From contig CAYPTS010000005.1 in the NCBI GenBank assembly GCA_964413825.1, positions 1-51,205 of the forward strand: a stretch of DNA of 51,205 nucleotides, written 5' to 3'. This document shows positions 21,897 through 29,265 of this stretch, in pieces. The stretch comes from an uncultured bacterium. GTDB taxonomy: Bacteria > Ratteibacteria > UBA8468 > B48-G9 > JAFGKM01. The translations under genes were made by a program, and so were the position numbers. Position 1 is the stretch's first letter; the number at the start of each line of letters is the position of its first letter. Below the pieces are notes generated by a model. It had not been told where the DNA came from and did not search any database. It saw only the letters and a program-made list of their open reading frames with translations.

Positions 21897-23111
21897 TCAA
21901 CCCGGCAGGCAGGTGATCATGTAGGCCTGCAGAATTCCCGACTCATCGGAATTGAAAAAGGCATTTGTTCCGTCCGGAGACAGGAACGGATGGATATGAT
22001 TTTCCTTGGTACCCGAGGTATTGGTTGAGAGAAGCCGTTTCCAGTTCACAACGGCTCTGCCCGCTTCCTGCAATCTTCCCATGTACAAGTCTTTGCCGAA
22101 GTAATCCGAGATTATGAGTTTGCCTTCAATGTCGGTGGCAAAATGGTTGAATTTCGGCTTCTCAAACCCTCTGCTCAAGTCATTTCTGATCCCGCCGGGA
22201 GTTTTCAATCCGATGTGCCCCTTGTCTTCTGTTGCCTTACCCTCAACCAGACGGGTTTCATGCGTATCCATCTGCGAGTTGCTCGTTATCGCCCACTCGC
22301 TCTTTCCTCTCCAGCATTCATGCCCGGTACAGAATTCATTCCCGTCTCTCCCCCACGGCATTGTCCTGAAACCTGTGCCGTCGTCTCTTATCACGTGAAT
22401 ATCCGCTCCGTTGCCACCCACCAATACAGAGAACTGGCCGTATCTGTCATGAACGTTGCCGTGGTTTTCCTGTATAAGTATGTTTCTCTTGAGTTCAGGA
22501 TCGGTGGAACGGCAGTACTGGGGATGCATGTTGCACCATGTCTGTCCTTGAAGTATCATGGAAACAGAAGCTTTCTGTATGTCAATTACCATCAAACCAA
22601 ACGGTGAATTATCCTTTCTGCCGTCTCCAATAAATGCGGATATGGCAATCTTTGCGCCGTCAGAGGATATCGTGGATAAGGGATATATCCGGCTGGGTTT
22701 TGTACCTGTTTCATTCAGGGGTTTATCCATGGCAAGGATTGTTTCCCTGCTGTTGTCTAAAAGACACTTCCGCTTCAGGGTCAAACGTCCGGCGTTTGTT
22801 TCGGTTTCGTCAACAAAGTAGTAAAAATACCTGCCGTCAGGGGAGATGGAAGGCCCTGTCACGCCCGTTTCATCAGTAAGCGGGGCAAGACTGCAGTTAT
22901 CCTCAATGTTACATAGGAGATATCTGTGTTCAGGATCGTCTTTCTTTCCGCCGTGCGCGGTGGCCGAACGGTGAAGGACAAACCTCTTTGAGTCCGGGGT
23001 GAATATCTGCGCCTCCATATATACGTGGCAGGCAGGGCATTTATTCTCCTCTGTCAGCTGGAAAACCTCAATCCCCTTTAAAGCGCCAGTAAAATCTTCC
23101 CTTTTTCTCAT
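21897..23111 (-). CDS. TolB-like beta-propeller protein (oligogalacturonate-lyase-like)
   Basis: Start placed at internal ATG 23111. Repeated SPDG/SSDG segments and the C-terminus FLSPDGTNAFFNSDESG fit PD40-type propellers. The family assignment is tentative. Confidence 0.45.
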   Translation of the reverse strand: MRKREDFTGALKGIEVFQLTEENKCPACHVYMEAQIFTPDSKRFVLHRSATAHGGKKDDPEHRYLLCNIEDNCSLAPLTDETGVTGPSISPDGRYFYYFVDETETNAGRLTLKRKCLLDNSRETILAMDKPLNETGTKPSRIYPLSTISSDGAKIAISAFIGDGRKDNSPFGLMVIDIQKASVSMILQGQTWCNMHPQYCRSTDPELKRNILIQENHGNVHDRYGQFSVLVGGNGADIHVIRDDGTGFRTMPWGRDGNEFCTGHECWRGKSEWAITSNSQMDTHETRLVEGKATEDKGHIGLKTPGGIRNDLSRGFEKPKFNHFATDIEGKLIISDYFGKDLYMGRLQEAGRAVVNWKRLLSTNTSGTKENHIHPFLSPDGTNAFFNSDESGILQAYMITCLPG

Positions 23112-23330
23112 CTCCAAGCCTTTCTTTTCCACAAACGAAGCAGACAAATCAGGAATCTTAAGTCCATGAAGAAAGCAGTTTGAGCACAAGTAGCGGAAGG
23201 ACAGCCCCAAAACTTGTGTTTGGGAAAGAGGGAAAGCCACCCCGTTTTCCAGAGGGTGGAAGGGGCATCGCATCCCCATGTCTTATATGGGGTTTCCCCT
23301 TTCCTCAAATACTTAGTTTTGTCTGTCCTG

Positions 23331-23358
23331 GAGCGTCGTGCGAGAACTGGCTTTCTTC
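23331..23358 (-). repeat. Family D 28-bp element, copy D1
   Basis: Its reverse complement matches 38818-38845 with one mismatch. It lies 14 nt downstream of the rubrerythrin stop, in the same orientation relative to the gene as D2. Confidence 0.75.
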
Positions 23359-23372
23359 ATGAATATTACGGT

Positions 23373-23951
23373 TTAGTAGTTTTCGGCAAGCAATTCGTAG
23401 TATGACTGCGGATGCTTGCACGCAGGGCATTCTTTCGGCGCCTCATCTCCTTCATGGACGTATCCGCAGTTGATACAGTGCCATTTCACCGGCGTTTTCT
23501 TCTTGAACACCTTTCCCGCGGCTATGTTTGCGATAAGTTTGCGATAGCGGCTTTCGTGAAATTTCTCCACCTTTGCTATCTGGTCAAAAGACCGGCTGAT
23601 TTCCGGAAATCCTTCTTCTTTCGCGATTCCCGCAAAATCCTGGTAGAGTACCGACCACTCCATCTTCTCGCCTGCGGCGGCCTCTTCGAGGTTGGTCTTT
23701 GTATCACCTATTATCCCTGCCGGATAAGCGGCGGTTATCTCCACATCCCCGCCTTCGAGATACTTGAAGAAGACCTTTGCATGCTCTTTTTCGTTTTCCG
23801 CTGTTTCGATAAAGATGCGGTTTATCTGCTCATACCCTTCCTTTTTTGCCGCGCTCGCAAAATAGGTGTACCTGTTCCTTGCCTGCGACTCTCCGGCAAA
23901 CGCCTTGAGAAGATTCTGCTCCGTCTTCGTTCCCTTCACCGATTTTGCCAT
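23373..23951 (-). CDS. rbr: Rubrerythrin
   Basis: 192 aa with a ferritin-like di-iron domain (NEKEHAKVF, EKFHESRY) and a C-terminal rubredoxin-like CINCGY...CPACKHP. Confidence 0.93.
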   Translation of the reverse strand: MAKSVKGTKTEQNLLKAFAGESQARNRYTYFASAAKKEGYEQINRIFIETAENEKEHAKVFFKYLEGGDVEITAAYPAGIIGDTKTNLEEAAAGEKMEWSVLYQDFAGIAKEEGFPEISRSFDQIAKVEKFHESRYRKLIANIAAGKVFKKKTPVKWHCINCGYVHEGDEAPKECPACKHPQSYYELLAENY

Positions 23952-23983
23952 TTCCGCCTCCTTTACCCCGAACCGACGTTTCC

Positions 23984-24118
23984 TGTCGTTGCGAGCGAAT
24001 TCTGCGCGGCAATCTCAACCTTAATATGAGATTGCGGCGCCTGTTTCGAGCGTGTCATTGAGATTGCGGAGCCTGCCCCGAAACAAAAGTCGAAGGGGTC
24101 TCATTCCTCGCAATGACA
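23984..24118. repeat. Family A palindromic element, copy A2 (double-length composite)
   Basis: Starts tgtcgttgcgagcg and ends cctcgcaatgacaa. It contains three caatctc/gagattgc cores. Its near end is 33 nt upstream of the rubrerythrin ATG. Confidence 0.85.
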
Positions 24119-24149
24119 AAACGTTCGGACTGTGATTTTGCTTTTTCTT

Positions 24150-24158
24150 ATTATACCA
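24150..24158 (-). promoter_or_regulatory. Extended -10 promoter (TGGTATAAT) for the rubrerythrin leader
   Basis: The minus strand reads TGGTATAAT, identical to the tRNA-Cys and lacI -10 regions. The -35 is weak. Confidence 0.4.
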
Positions 24159-24327
24159 TACCTGCTGGCAAAATTCTCCTCCCCGTGTTATCATTCCTCA
24201 CTATGAGAACGGACCGGACGGATAGTTATCTTGTCGTCGACGGGAAACCGCTCGCGTTGAAAAAACGGGATGCTCTTTTTACCGGAAGTTTCAGGTTCCG
24301 CGCAGAAAGACACCTTATTACCATAGA

Positions 24328-25179
24328 TTAAACCCTGACTTTTTCCTCCGCGTCCGCCTGCAAAGGAGAAAGAACGGGAACCTTTTTGACCGTCCATATT
24401 TCCACATGTTCCGCCGCACCTCCGGGCTTTAGGGTTTTAAGCGGCCCCACGGTTTCCAGTTCAAGCATGTCGGCATTGGTATAAACCTCCACACTGCACC
24501 CGAAATCCGGATACTCGCCTTTTTCCTGAACGAATTGTTTTACAAACAGCAGGCCGTCAACCCAGTATGCTGTCCAGCACGGATGCGCCATAGTCCCTAT
24601 CTTTACCGGATTCTTGCTTTTTACATCCTGTTTCAGAAATATGAAATCCTTTTCCATGACCAGGCGCCTGTCCGAAAGGTCGGTATAAGGCCACAGCGTA
24701 AGCCGCCTGTCAGGAAGAAGTCCCCCGCCGCCCCTCTTGGCCGGCACTATGGCAAACCCGCCCGGCTTCATAACGCTCAGAGCCCAGCAGGCAAGCGTAA
24801 CCGGCCACCTTCCGGTGTTCTTTATCCGGTGCACGACCTCGACCGAGTAATCTCCGGCAGGCCGTATCTCAATTTCCTTCTGTATGTTATTCTGTGTTTC
24901 TGTATTGCCATAAATATTTATGCGCCCGTCCCTCTCCTCGACCCTTACCGGCGTGTTGTCCGCCGAATAAGAACGGGGCATGGCTTCGGGCGAAGACCAC
25001 AGCCGGTGCCCGCCGTATATGTGCCAGAACCCTTCCGGCGTATCAACCCCCGCATCGGGCAGGACCGCAAACAGGTTTTCGCCGGGCATTCCCTTCACCG
25101 TCAGTTTCATAATCCTCGGCCCTATGCCCTGCGCAACCCCCAGAACCAGGTCTCCCATGACAAACTCTCTTATTTTCAT
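24328..25179 (-). CDS. Hypothetical protein, possibly with a galactose-mutarotase-like fold
   Basis: 283-aa ORF with good coding appearance. The resemblance to DUF4380/aldose-epimerase-like proteins is from memory only. Confidence 0.4.
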   Translation of the reverse strand: MKIREFVMGDLVLGVAQGIGPRIMKLTVKGMPGENLFAVLPDAGVDTPEGFWHIYGGHRLWSSPEAMPRSYSADNTPVRVEERDGRINIYGNTETQNNIQKEIEIRPAGDYSVEVVHRIKNTGRWPVTLACWALSVMKPGGFAIVPAKRGGGGLLPDRRLTLWPYTDLSDRRLVMEKDFIFLKQDVKSKNPVKIGTMAHPCWTAYWVDGLLFVKQFVQEKGEYPDFGCSVEVYTNADMLELETVGPLKTLKPGGAAEHVEIWTVKKVPVLSPLQADAEEKVRV

Positions 25180-25287
25180 CTCGTTGCTCCTCTCTTAATA
25201 GACAGCGCAACCATTTTAAAACTCTCTCCCCAAAAAGTCAACCGCCGCCCCTTTACCTTGAAAAACTTTTACTGTAAGATAAATAAC

Positions 25288-26391
25288 ATGATACCTTATG
25301 TGAATTTCGGAAAAACGCCCTGCAAGATAAGCAGGCTGGGATTCGGTGCGATGCGCCTGCCGACGCATCCGGACGGAAAGGTGAACTTCGACCTTTCAAC
25401 GCCCTTGCTCCGGTATGCCATTGAGAACGGGATAAACTTCTTTGACTCCCACCACTTCTATCATCAAGGACAGAGCGAAGAGGCAATCGGCAGAGCCATA
25501 AAAGGCATTCCGAGAGAAAAACTTATCCTGCAGACAAAAATCGGCATGTACAACAATTACAAAGAAAAAGACTGCCGGCGCCTTCTGGAAGAAGCGCTGA
25601 AAAAACTGAACACCGATTACATAGACTTCTACTTCACCCACAGTCTGAACCTCAAAGACTACCGCGAATACAACAAATTATTCCTGAAGTTTACCGGCAA
25701 AGCCCTTAAACAGGGGCTGATAAGACACAGGGGCTTTTCGGTGCACGACAGGCCGGAAAACATAAGAGAGTTCATCCTCTCCGAAGAATATTCCGCAATG
25801 CTCATCCAGTACAACCTCATTGACCGCACCAATGAAGAACTTCTGCACCTTGCGCATGAAAAAGGCCTGGGAGTTGAAGTAATGGGGCCCGTTGCAGGAG
25901 GACTGCTTGCCATGCCCAATGAAAACATTTTCCGGAACTCGCCGGTAAAAGTAAAAACTTCCGCAGAACTGGCGCTGAAATTCGTTCTGGCAAATCCTGA
26001 CATTGACGTGGCGGTATCCGGAATGTCAACGCTCCGGCAGGTGCAGGAAAACGTCTCAACGGCTTCTGCCCCGGACAGGCTCTCCCGCCAAGACGCGAAG
26101 AAACTGGCCGGAACCTTTGAGGAGAGAAAAAAACTGCTTGAGTTGTACTGCACAGGGTGTCAGTACTGCATGCCCTGTCCGAACAAGGTTGCCATCCCTG
26201 CCATATTCAGGTTTTATAACCTGGCAAAGGTCTACGGCTTCGTCGACAGGGCAAGAAAGGGCTACGCGGGACTCAAGCCGGAAGAAAAAGCATCCGCATG
26301 TACCGAATGCGGGGCGTGCGAACCGAAATGCCCCCAGAAGATATCCATACGGAAGAAACTCAAAGAAGCAAAATCCTATTTTGAGTCCTAA
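25288..26391 (+). CDS. Aldo/keto reductase with a C-terminal 4Fe-4S ferredoxin-type domain
   Basis: Start placed at internal ATG 25288 (MIPYVNFGKT...LGFGAMRL). The C-terminus has two Cys clusters, CTGCQYCMPCP and CTECGACEPKCP. The upstream 251 ORF codons overlap the opposite-strand gene. Confidence 0.85.
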   Translation: MIPYVNFGKTPCKISRLGFGAMRLPTHPDGKVNFDLSTPLLRYAIENGINFFDSHHFYHQGQSEEAIGRAIKGIPREKLILQTKIGMYNNYKEKDCRRLLEEALKKLNTDYIDFYFTHSLNLKDYREYNKLFLKFTGKALKQGLIRHRGFSVHDRPENIREFILSEEYSAMLIQYNLIDRTNEELLHLAHEKGLGVEVMGPVAGGLLAMPNENIFRNSPVKVKTSAELALKFVLANPDIDVAVSGMSTLRQVQENVSTASAPDRLSRQDAKKLAGTFEERKKLLELYCTGCQYCMPCPNKVAIPAIFRFYNLAKVYGFVDRARKGYAGLKPEEKASACTECGACEPKCPQKISIRKKLKEAKSYFES

Positions 26392-26407
26392 CCGAAATCC
26401 CTATCCC

Positions 26408-26437
26408 TTGACACCTGCCCTGACAAGCGGGTATAAC
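26408..26437 (+). promoter_or_regulatory. Sigma70-like promoter ahead of the candidate RNAs
   Basis: TTGACA (26408-26413), 18-nt spacer, TATAAC (26432-26437). Confidence 0.5.
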
Positions 26438-26443
26438 TATAGC

Positions 26444-26556
26444 GGAGAGTTCAGAGAGCAGGAAAGTTTGTGAAGTAAGTATGCGGAAAGAAACAGAACC
26501 AGTACGTGTTTCACAAAGAAGTCCGAAATACTCTGAACTCTCCTTCTCTTTTTTTA
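26444..26556 (+). ncRNA. Candidate small RNA or leader: long hairpin plus U-tract
   Basis: Perfect 13-bp stem 26444-26456/26531-26543 enclosing an inner 8-bp stem 26467-26474/26510-26517, followed by UUCUCUUUUUUU. It starts 7 nt after a TTGACA-N18-TATAAC promoter. Confidence 0.35.
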
Positions 26557-26571
26557 TCCCCATCCCCCTTT

Positions 26572-26898
26572 CAATGATTTCTGATTAAGAAGGCACCCAG
26601 CCGCAAGCCGCAGGTTTCCGGCACGCCCGGTCAGGGGCAAATAGAGATACAGTTGACGGCGAGTGTGTAAGCACAGCTGCAAGACAAGGTGAAAAGCGCA
26701 AGCGTTCCGACCGATTACCTTGCCCGGAGCTGTCTGAACCCTCCGTAGCCTTGGCGAAGGAGGGTGAGTTCTCCGGGAGTCGGATTTCGCCGTAGTGCTT
26801 GCCTGTGCTGAAGCCCAAGCCCGAAGGGCTGTTTCCGAGTCCGGAAACTGGTATCCTTTTGCCATGGACTGCCTTCCGTCCTTAATCAGAAATTATTG
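26572..26898 (+). ncRNA. Candidate large structured RNA of unknown class (alternative: MITE with 18-bp terminal inverted repeats)
   Basis: At least nine mutually nested helices can be paired by hand, including an 18-bp closing stem 26572-26589/26881-26898. Strand inferred from a G-U pair and the upstream + strand promoter. No signature of a known RNA family recognised. Confidence 0.4.
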
Positions 26899-26955
26899 TT
26901 ATTCTATACAGTTCAGTCCCTGTTATGTCAAATAGGAATCTATATGAAAGCACGA

Positions 26956-26983
26956 TTGAAACCTGAAAAATCTGTGGTATAAT
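26956..26983 (+). promoter_or_regulatory. Extended -10 promoter of tRNA-Cys
   Basis: TTGAAA (26956-26961), 16-nt spacer ending in TGG, TATAAT (26978-26983). The tRNA starts 11 nt later. Confidence 0.6.
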
Positions 26984-26993
26984 AAGAGGCAAC

Positions 26994-27065
26994 GGCCTGG
27001 TAGCCAAGTGGCAAGGCAGCGGTCTGCAAAACCGTTATTCGCCGGTTCAAGTCCGGCCCAGGCCT
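26994..27065 (+). tRNA. tRNA-Cys (anticodon GCA)
   Basis: Cloverleaf by hand: acceptor GGCCUGG/CCAGGCC, anticodon loop CUGCAAA, T-arm GCCGG-UUCAAGU-CCGGC, discriminator U. CCA is not encoded. Confidence 0.9.
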
Positions 27066-27069
27066 CTTT

Positions 27070-27105
27070 CCCCCTCACCTATCCTCTCCCCACGGGGGGA
27101 GAGGG
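27070..27105 (-). repeat. Family B unit B2 (left-end type, reverse orientation)
   Basis: ccccctcacctatcctctccccacggggggagagg, the reverse complement of the ccctct...gggtgagggg unit. It starts 5 nt after tRNA-Cys and its hairpin could act as a terminator. Confidence 0.75.
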
Positions 27106-27160
27106 ATTTAGCGGATAACTTCTTTTTAGGGCTAATACATTACCAATTTTCGGGGAAGTG

Positions 27161-27189
27161 TTGACAGAGGAATGTTTTTGCGTTAAAAT
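27161..27189 (+). promoter_or_regulatory. Sigma70-like promoter of hcp-rrf2
   Basis: TTGACA (27161-27166), 17-nt spacer, TAAAAT (27184-27189). Confidence 0.55.
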
Positions 27190-27209
27190 ATTACTAAATT
27201 GATAATATT
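27187..27209. promoter_or_regulatory. Candidate Rrf2-type operator (11-1-11 AT-rich palindrome)
   Basis: AATATTACTAA-A-TTGATAATATT, with 9 of 11 positions symmetric. It overlaps the hcp -10 box and the predicted transcription start site. Confidence 0.35.
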
Positions 27210-27257
27210 ACTTTGACAATGCAGATTGGGAAACAAAATCATGAGCCCCTCATTTCT

Positions 27258-27338
27258 CGTCATTGCGAGGAGCGAAGTGACGAAGCAATCTCACATTAAG
27301 GTTTAGATTGCCGCGCCATAATACGGCTCGCAATGACA
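27258..27338. repeat. Family A palindromic element, copy A3
   Basis: cgtcattgcgagg...cgaagcaatctca...agattgccgcg...ctcgcaatgaca. It ends 31 nt before the hcp ATG at 27369. Confidence 0.85.
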
Positions 27339-27368
27339 AAGAACGTGAGTTGGGGCGAGGAGGTAAGG

Positions 27369-28676
27369 ATGGAAGAAATGAATATGTTTTGTTATCAGTG
27401 TTCGCAGACGGCAAAAGGACAGGGATGCACGGTTTCAGGAGTGTGCGGCAAGATACCCACCGTGGCAAGACTTCAGGACAATCTTATTTTTGCGCTGAAA
27501 GGTCTTTCCGCCTATCTTTATCATGCTGAGGAACTCGGGTATAAAGACCACGAACTTGAACGGTTCGTCACGAAATCCCTGTACAGAACTTTAACAAACG
27601 TGAATTTTGACGCCGCTGATTTTATCGAGGCCGGCCTGGAAGCGGGCAGAATAAACATCGGGGTGATGCGGCTTCTAAAAAAGGCGCATATAGAGACGTT
27701 CGGAGAGCCGGAACCGGTAAAAGTGCAGACAGGCACAAGAAAAGGAAAGGGAATAATCGCCACCGGGCACAGCCTGAAAGTCCTTGAGGAACTGCTGAAA
27801 CAGACGGAGGGAACGGGGATAAACGTCTACACCCATTCCGAACTTCTGCCTGCCCACGGCTACCCCGGACTTAAAAAATATTCCCACCTCGCAGGCAACC
27901 TCGGCAAAGCGTGGTATGACCAGAAGAGCGTTTTTTCCGAATACCCTTTTCCCATACTTGCCACTTCCAACTGCGCCCTGATACCTAAAGACGCCTACAG
28001 GGACAGAATGTTTACCGCAGGAGTCGTCGGACTGCCCGGGGTCAAGCACATTAAAGGATACGATTTTACGGAACTGGTGGAGATGGCAAAACAGGCGCCT
28101 GACGCGCAGGAAACCGCCGGAAAGAGTGTTCTGACGACAGGGTTCTCTCTTTCTTCTATTGCGGCGGCGAAAAACAAGATAAAGCAACTGGTGGAAGATG
28201 GTAAAATCAGGAGGTTTGTGCTTGTGGGCGGGTGCGACGCTCCGACAAAGAAAAACGAGTATTACAGGGAACTGGTAAAATCCCTTCCCAAAGACGCCGT
28301 GGTTCTCACCCTCGCCTGCGGCAAGTTCCGGATAAACGACCTTGATATGGGCGACATAGAAGGAATTCCGCGGCTGATAGACCTTGGACAGTGCAATGAC
28401 TCCATAGTGGCCATTGACGTTGTCTCATCCCTGGCAGAGCTGTTCGGCGCCGACATAAACTCCCTGCCGGTCTCCTACGTTTTGATGTGGATGGAGCAGA
28501 AGGCGGTAGCGGTACTGTGGAGCTTGCTCGCCCTCGGGATAAAGGGAATAAGAATCGGGCCGATTATACCGGCGTGGGTGAACGAAGATATTCTTAAGGT
28601 GCTGACAGGCAGTTTTGACATGAAACTCATCGGGGACCCTCGAAAAGACGCGGAAGAGATAATGGGGGGCGCCTGA
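27369..28676 (+). CDS. hcp: Hybrid-cluster protein (hydroxylamine reductase), short class
   Basis: N-terminal Cys motif MFCYQCSQT...[13 protein letters not shown] 27369 has GGAGGT 5 nt upstream; ATG 27384 is an alternative. About 436 aa. Confidence 0.88.
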   Translation: MEEMNMFCYQCSQTAKGQGCTVSGVCGKIPTVARLQDNLIFALKGLSAYLYHAEELGYKDHELERFVTKSLYRTLTNVNFDAADFIEAGLEAGRINIGVMRLLKKAHIETFGEPEPVKVQTGTRKGKGIIATGHSLKVLEELLKQTEGTGINVYTHSELLPAHGYPGLKKYSHLAGNLGKAWYDQKSVFSEYPFPILATSNCALIPKDAYRDRMFTAGVVGLPGVKHIKGYDFTELVEMAKQAPDAQETAGKSVLTTGFSLSSIAAAKNKIKQLVEDGKIRRFVLVGGCDAPTKKNEYYRELVKSLPKDAVVLTLACGKFRINDLDMGDIEGIPRLIDLGQCNDSIVAIDVVSSLAELFGADINSLPVSYVLMWMEQKAVAVLWSLLALGIKGIRIGPIIPAWVNEDILKVLTGSFDMKLIGDPRKDAEEIMGGA

Positions 28677-28678
28677 AA

Positions 28679-29113
28679 ATGAAACTTTCGACAAGAACAA
28701 GGTACGGAATCAGGGCAATGGTTGACCTTGCGGCGCATTACAGGAACAAGCCGGTTCTTATCAGGGAAATAGCAAAAAGGCAGAAAATTTCCGTCAACTA
28801 TCTTGAACAGATAATGCTCTCTCTGAAAAAAGCAGGGATTGTGGAGAGTTTAAGCGGGGCAAAGGGCGGCTACATTCTCACGAAAAAACCGGAGGATATT
28901 AGAGTAACAGGCATAGTAGAGGTTCTGGAGGGCTCTCTTTCGCCGGTGTCGTGCATTGACCACAAAAACCTCTGCGGACGTGAGAAAAACTGCCCGGCGA
29001 GAAGTTTGTGGATAAAGGTGCGTAAGAACATAAAGGACGTCCTTGATGCCACCACGCTTGAAGACCTTGCAGAGAACAAAGAGGAAAAAAAAGCGGATAT
29101 TTATCAAATATGA
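28679..29113 (+). CDS. Rrf2 family transcriptional regulator (IscR/NsrR-like)
   Basis: MKLSTRTRYGIRAMVDLA winged helix plus three Cys (CIDHKNLCGREKNC). It starts 2 nt after the hcp stop. Confidence 0.88.
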   Translation: MKLSTRTRYGIRAMVDLAAHYRNKPVLIREIAKRQKISVNYLEQIMLSLKKAGIVESLSGAKGGYILTKKPEDIRVTGIVEVLEGSLSPVSCIDHKNLCGREKNCPARSLWIKVRKNIKDVLDATTLEDLAENKEEKKADIYQI

Positions 29114-29127
29114 TAGAATAGTGAAAT

Positions 29128-29186
29128 AAATCCCCCCGGTTTCCCCTTTTTCAAAGTGGGGGTGAGAGGGGATTTGGGGGTAAGGG
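29128..29186. repeat. Family B-like hairpin cluster B3 (degenerate)
   Basis: aaatcccc...ggggattt outer stem with G/C-run inner arms, directly after the rrf2 stop and next to A4. Confidence 0.5.
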
Positions 29187-29203
29187 ACGGTGAATCAATG
29201 CGT

Positions 29204-29237
29204 GAGATTGCCGCGCAAAAGACGCTCGCAATGACAA
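29204..29237. repeat. Family A element, half copy A4
   Basis: gagattgccgcgcaaaagacgctcgcaatgacaa, the right half only. It ends 29 nt before the COG1900 ATG. Confidence 0.7.
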
Positions 29238-29265
29238 CGTTGGTTCGGGGCACGGGAGGTTTACA

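Noticed and set aside
24535-25287. The N-terminal 251 codons of the 618-aa ORF as part of the aldo/keto reductase.
   Set aside because: This stretch overlaps the well-formed opposite-strand gene at 24328-25179 and is Arg/Pro-rich. The canonical AKR N-terminus starts at ATG 25288.
26481-26588. A 35-codon ORF inside the candidate small RNA hairpin.
   Set aside because: Its RBS is weak or absent, and it runs through the terminator-like stem and into the next element. It is probably fortuitous.
26554-26865. The 103-aa and 77-aa minus-strand ORFs, and the 67-aa ORF at 26360-26563, as protein genes.
   Set aside because: They are low-complexity and Arg/Pro/Gly/Ser-rich, lack an RBS, one starts at a TTG, and they coincide exactly with the helix-rich element. 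They look like fortuitous ORFs in GC-rich structured DNA.
26572-26898. Possible RNase P RNA, tmRNA, SRP RNA or cobalamin riboswitch, given its size, its closing stem and its position next to a tRNA gene.
   Set aside because: Neither strand has the universal RNase P CR-I GGAAAGUCC or the ACAGAA..GGCUUA pair, a tmRNA-like tRNA end, the SRP GGAAGCAGC motif or a GCCACUG B12 box. It is kept only as an unclassified candidate.
26994-27338. tRNA-Cys as an integration site for a genomic island.
   Set aside because: There is no integrase, no direct repeat of the tRNA 3' end that I could find, and the downstream genes (hcp, rrf2, ...) look like core metabolism.
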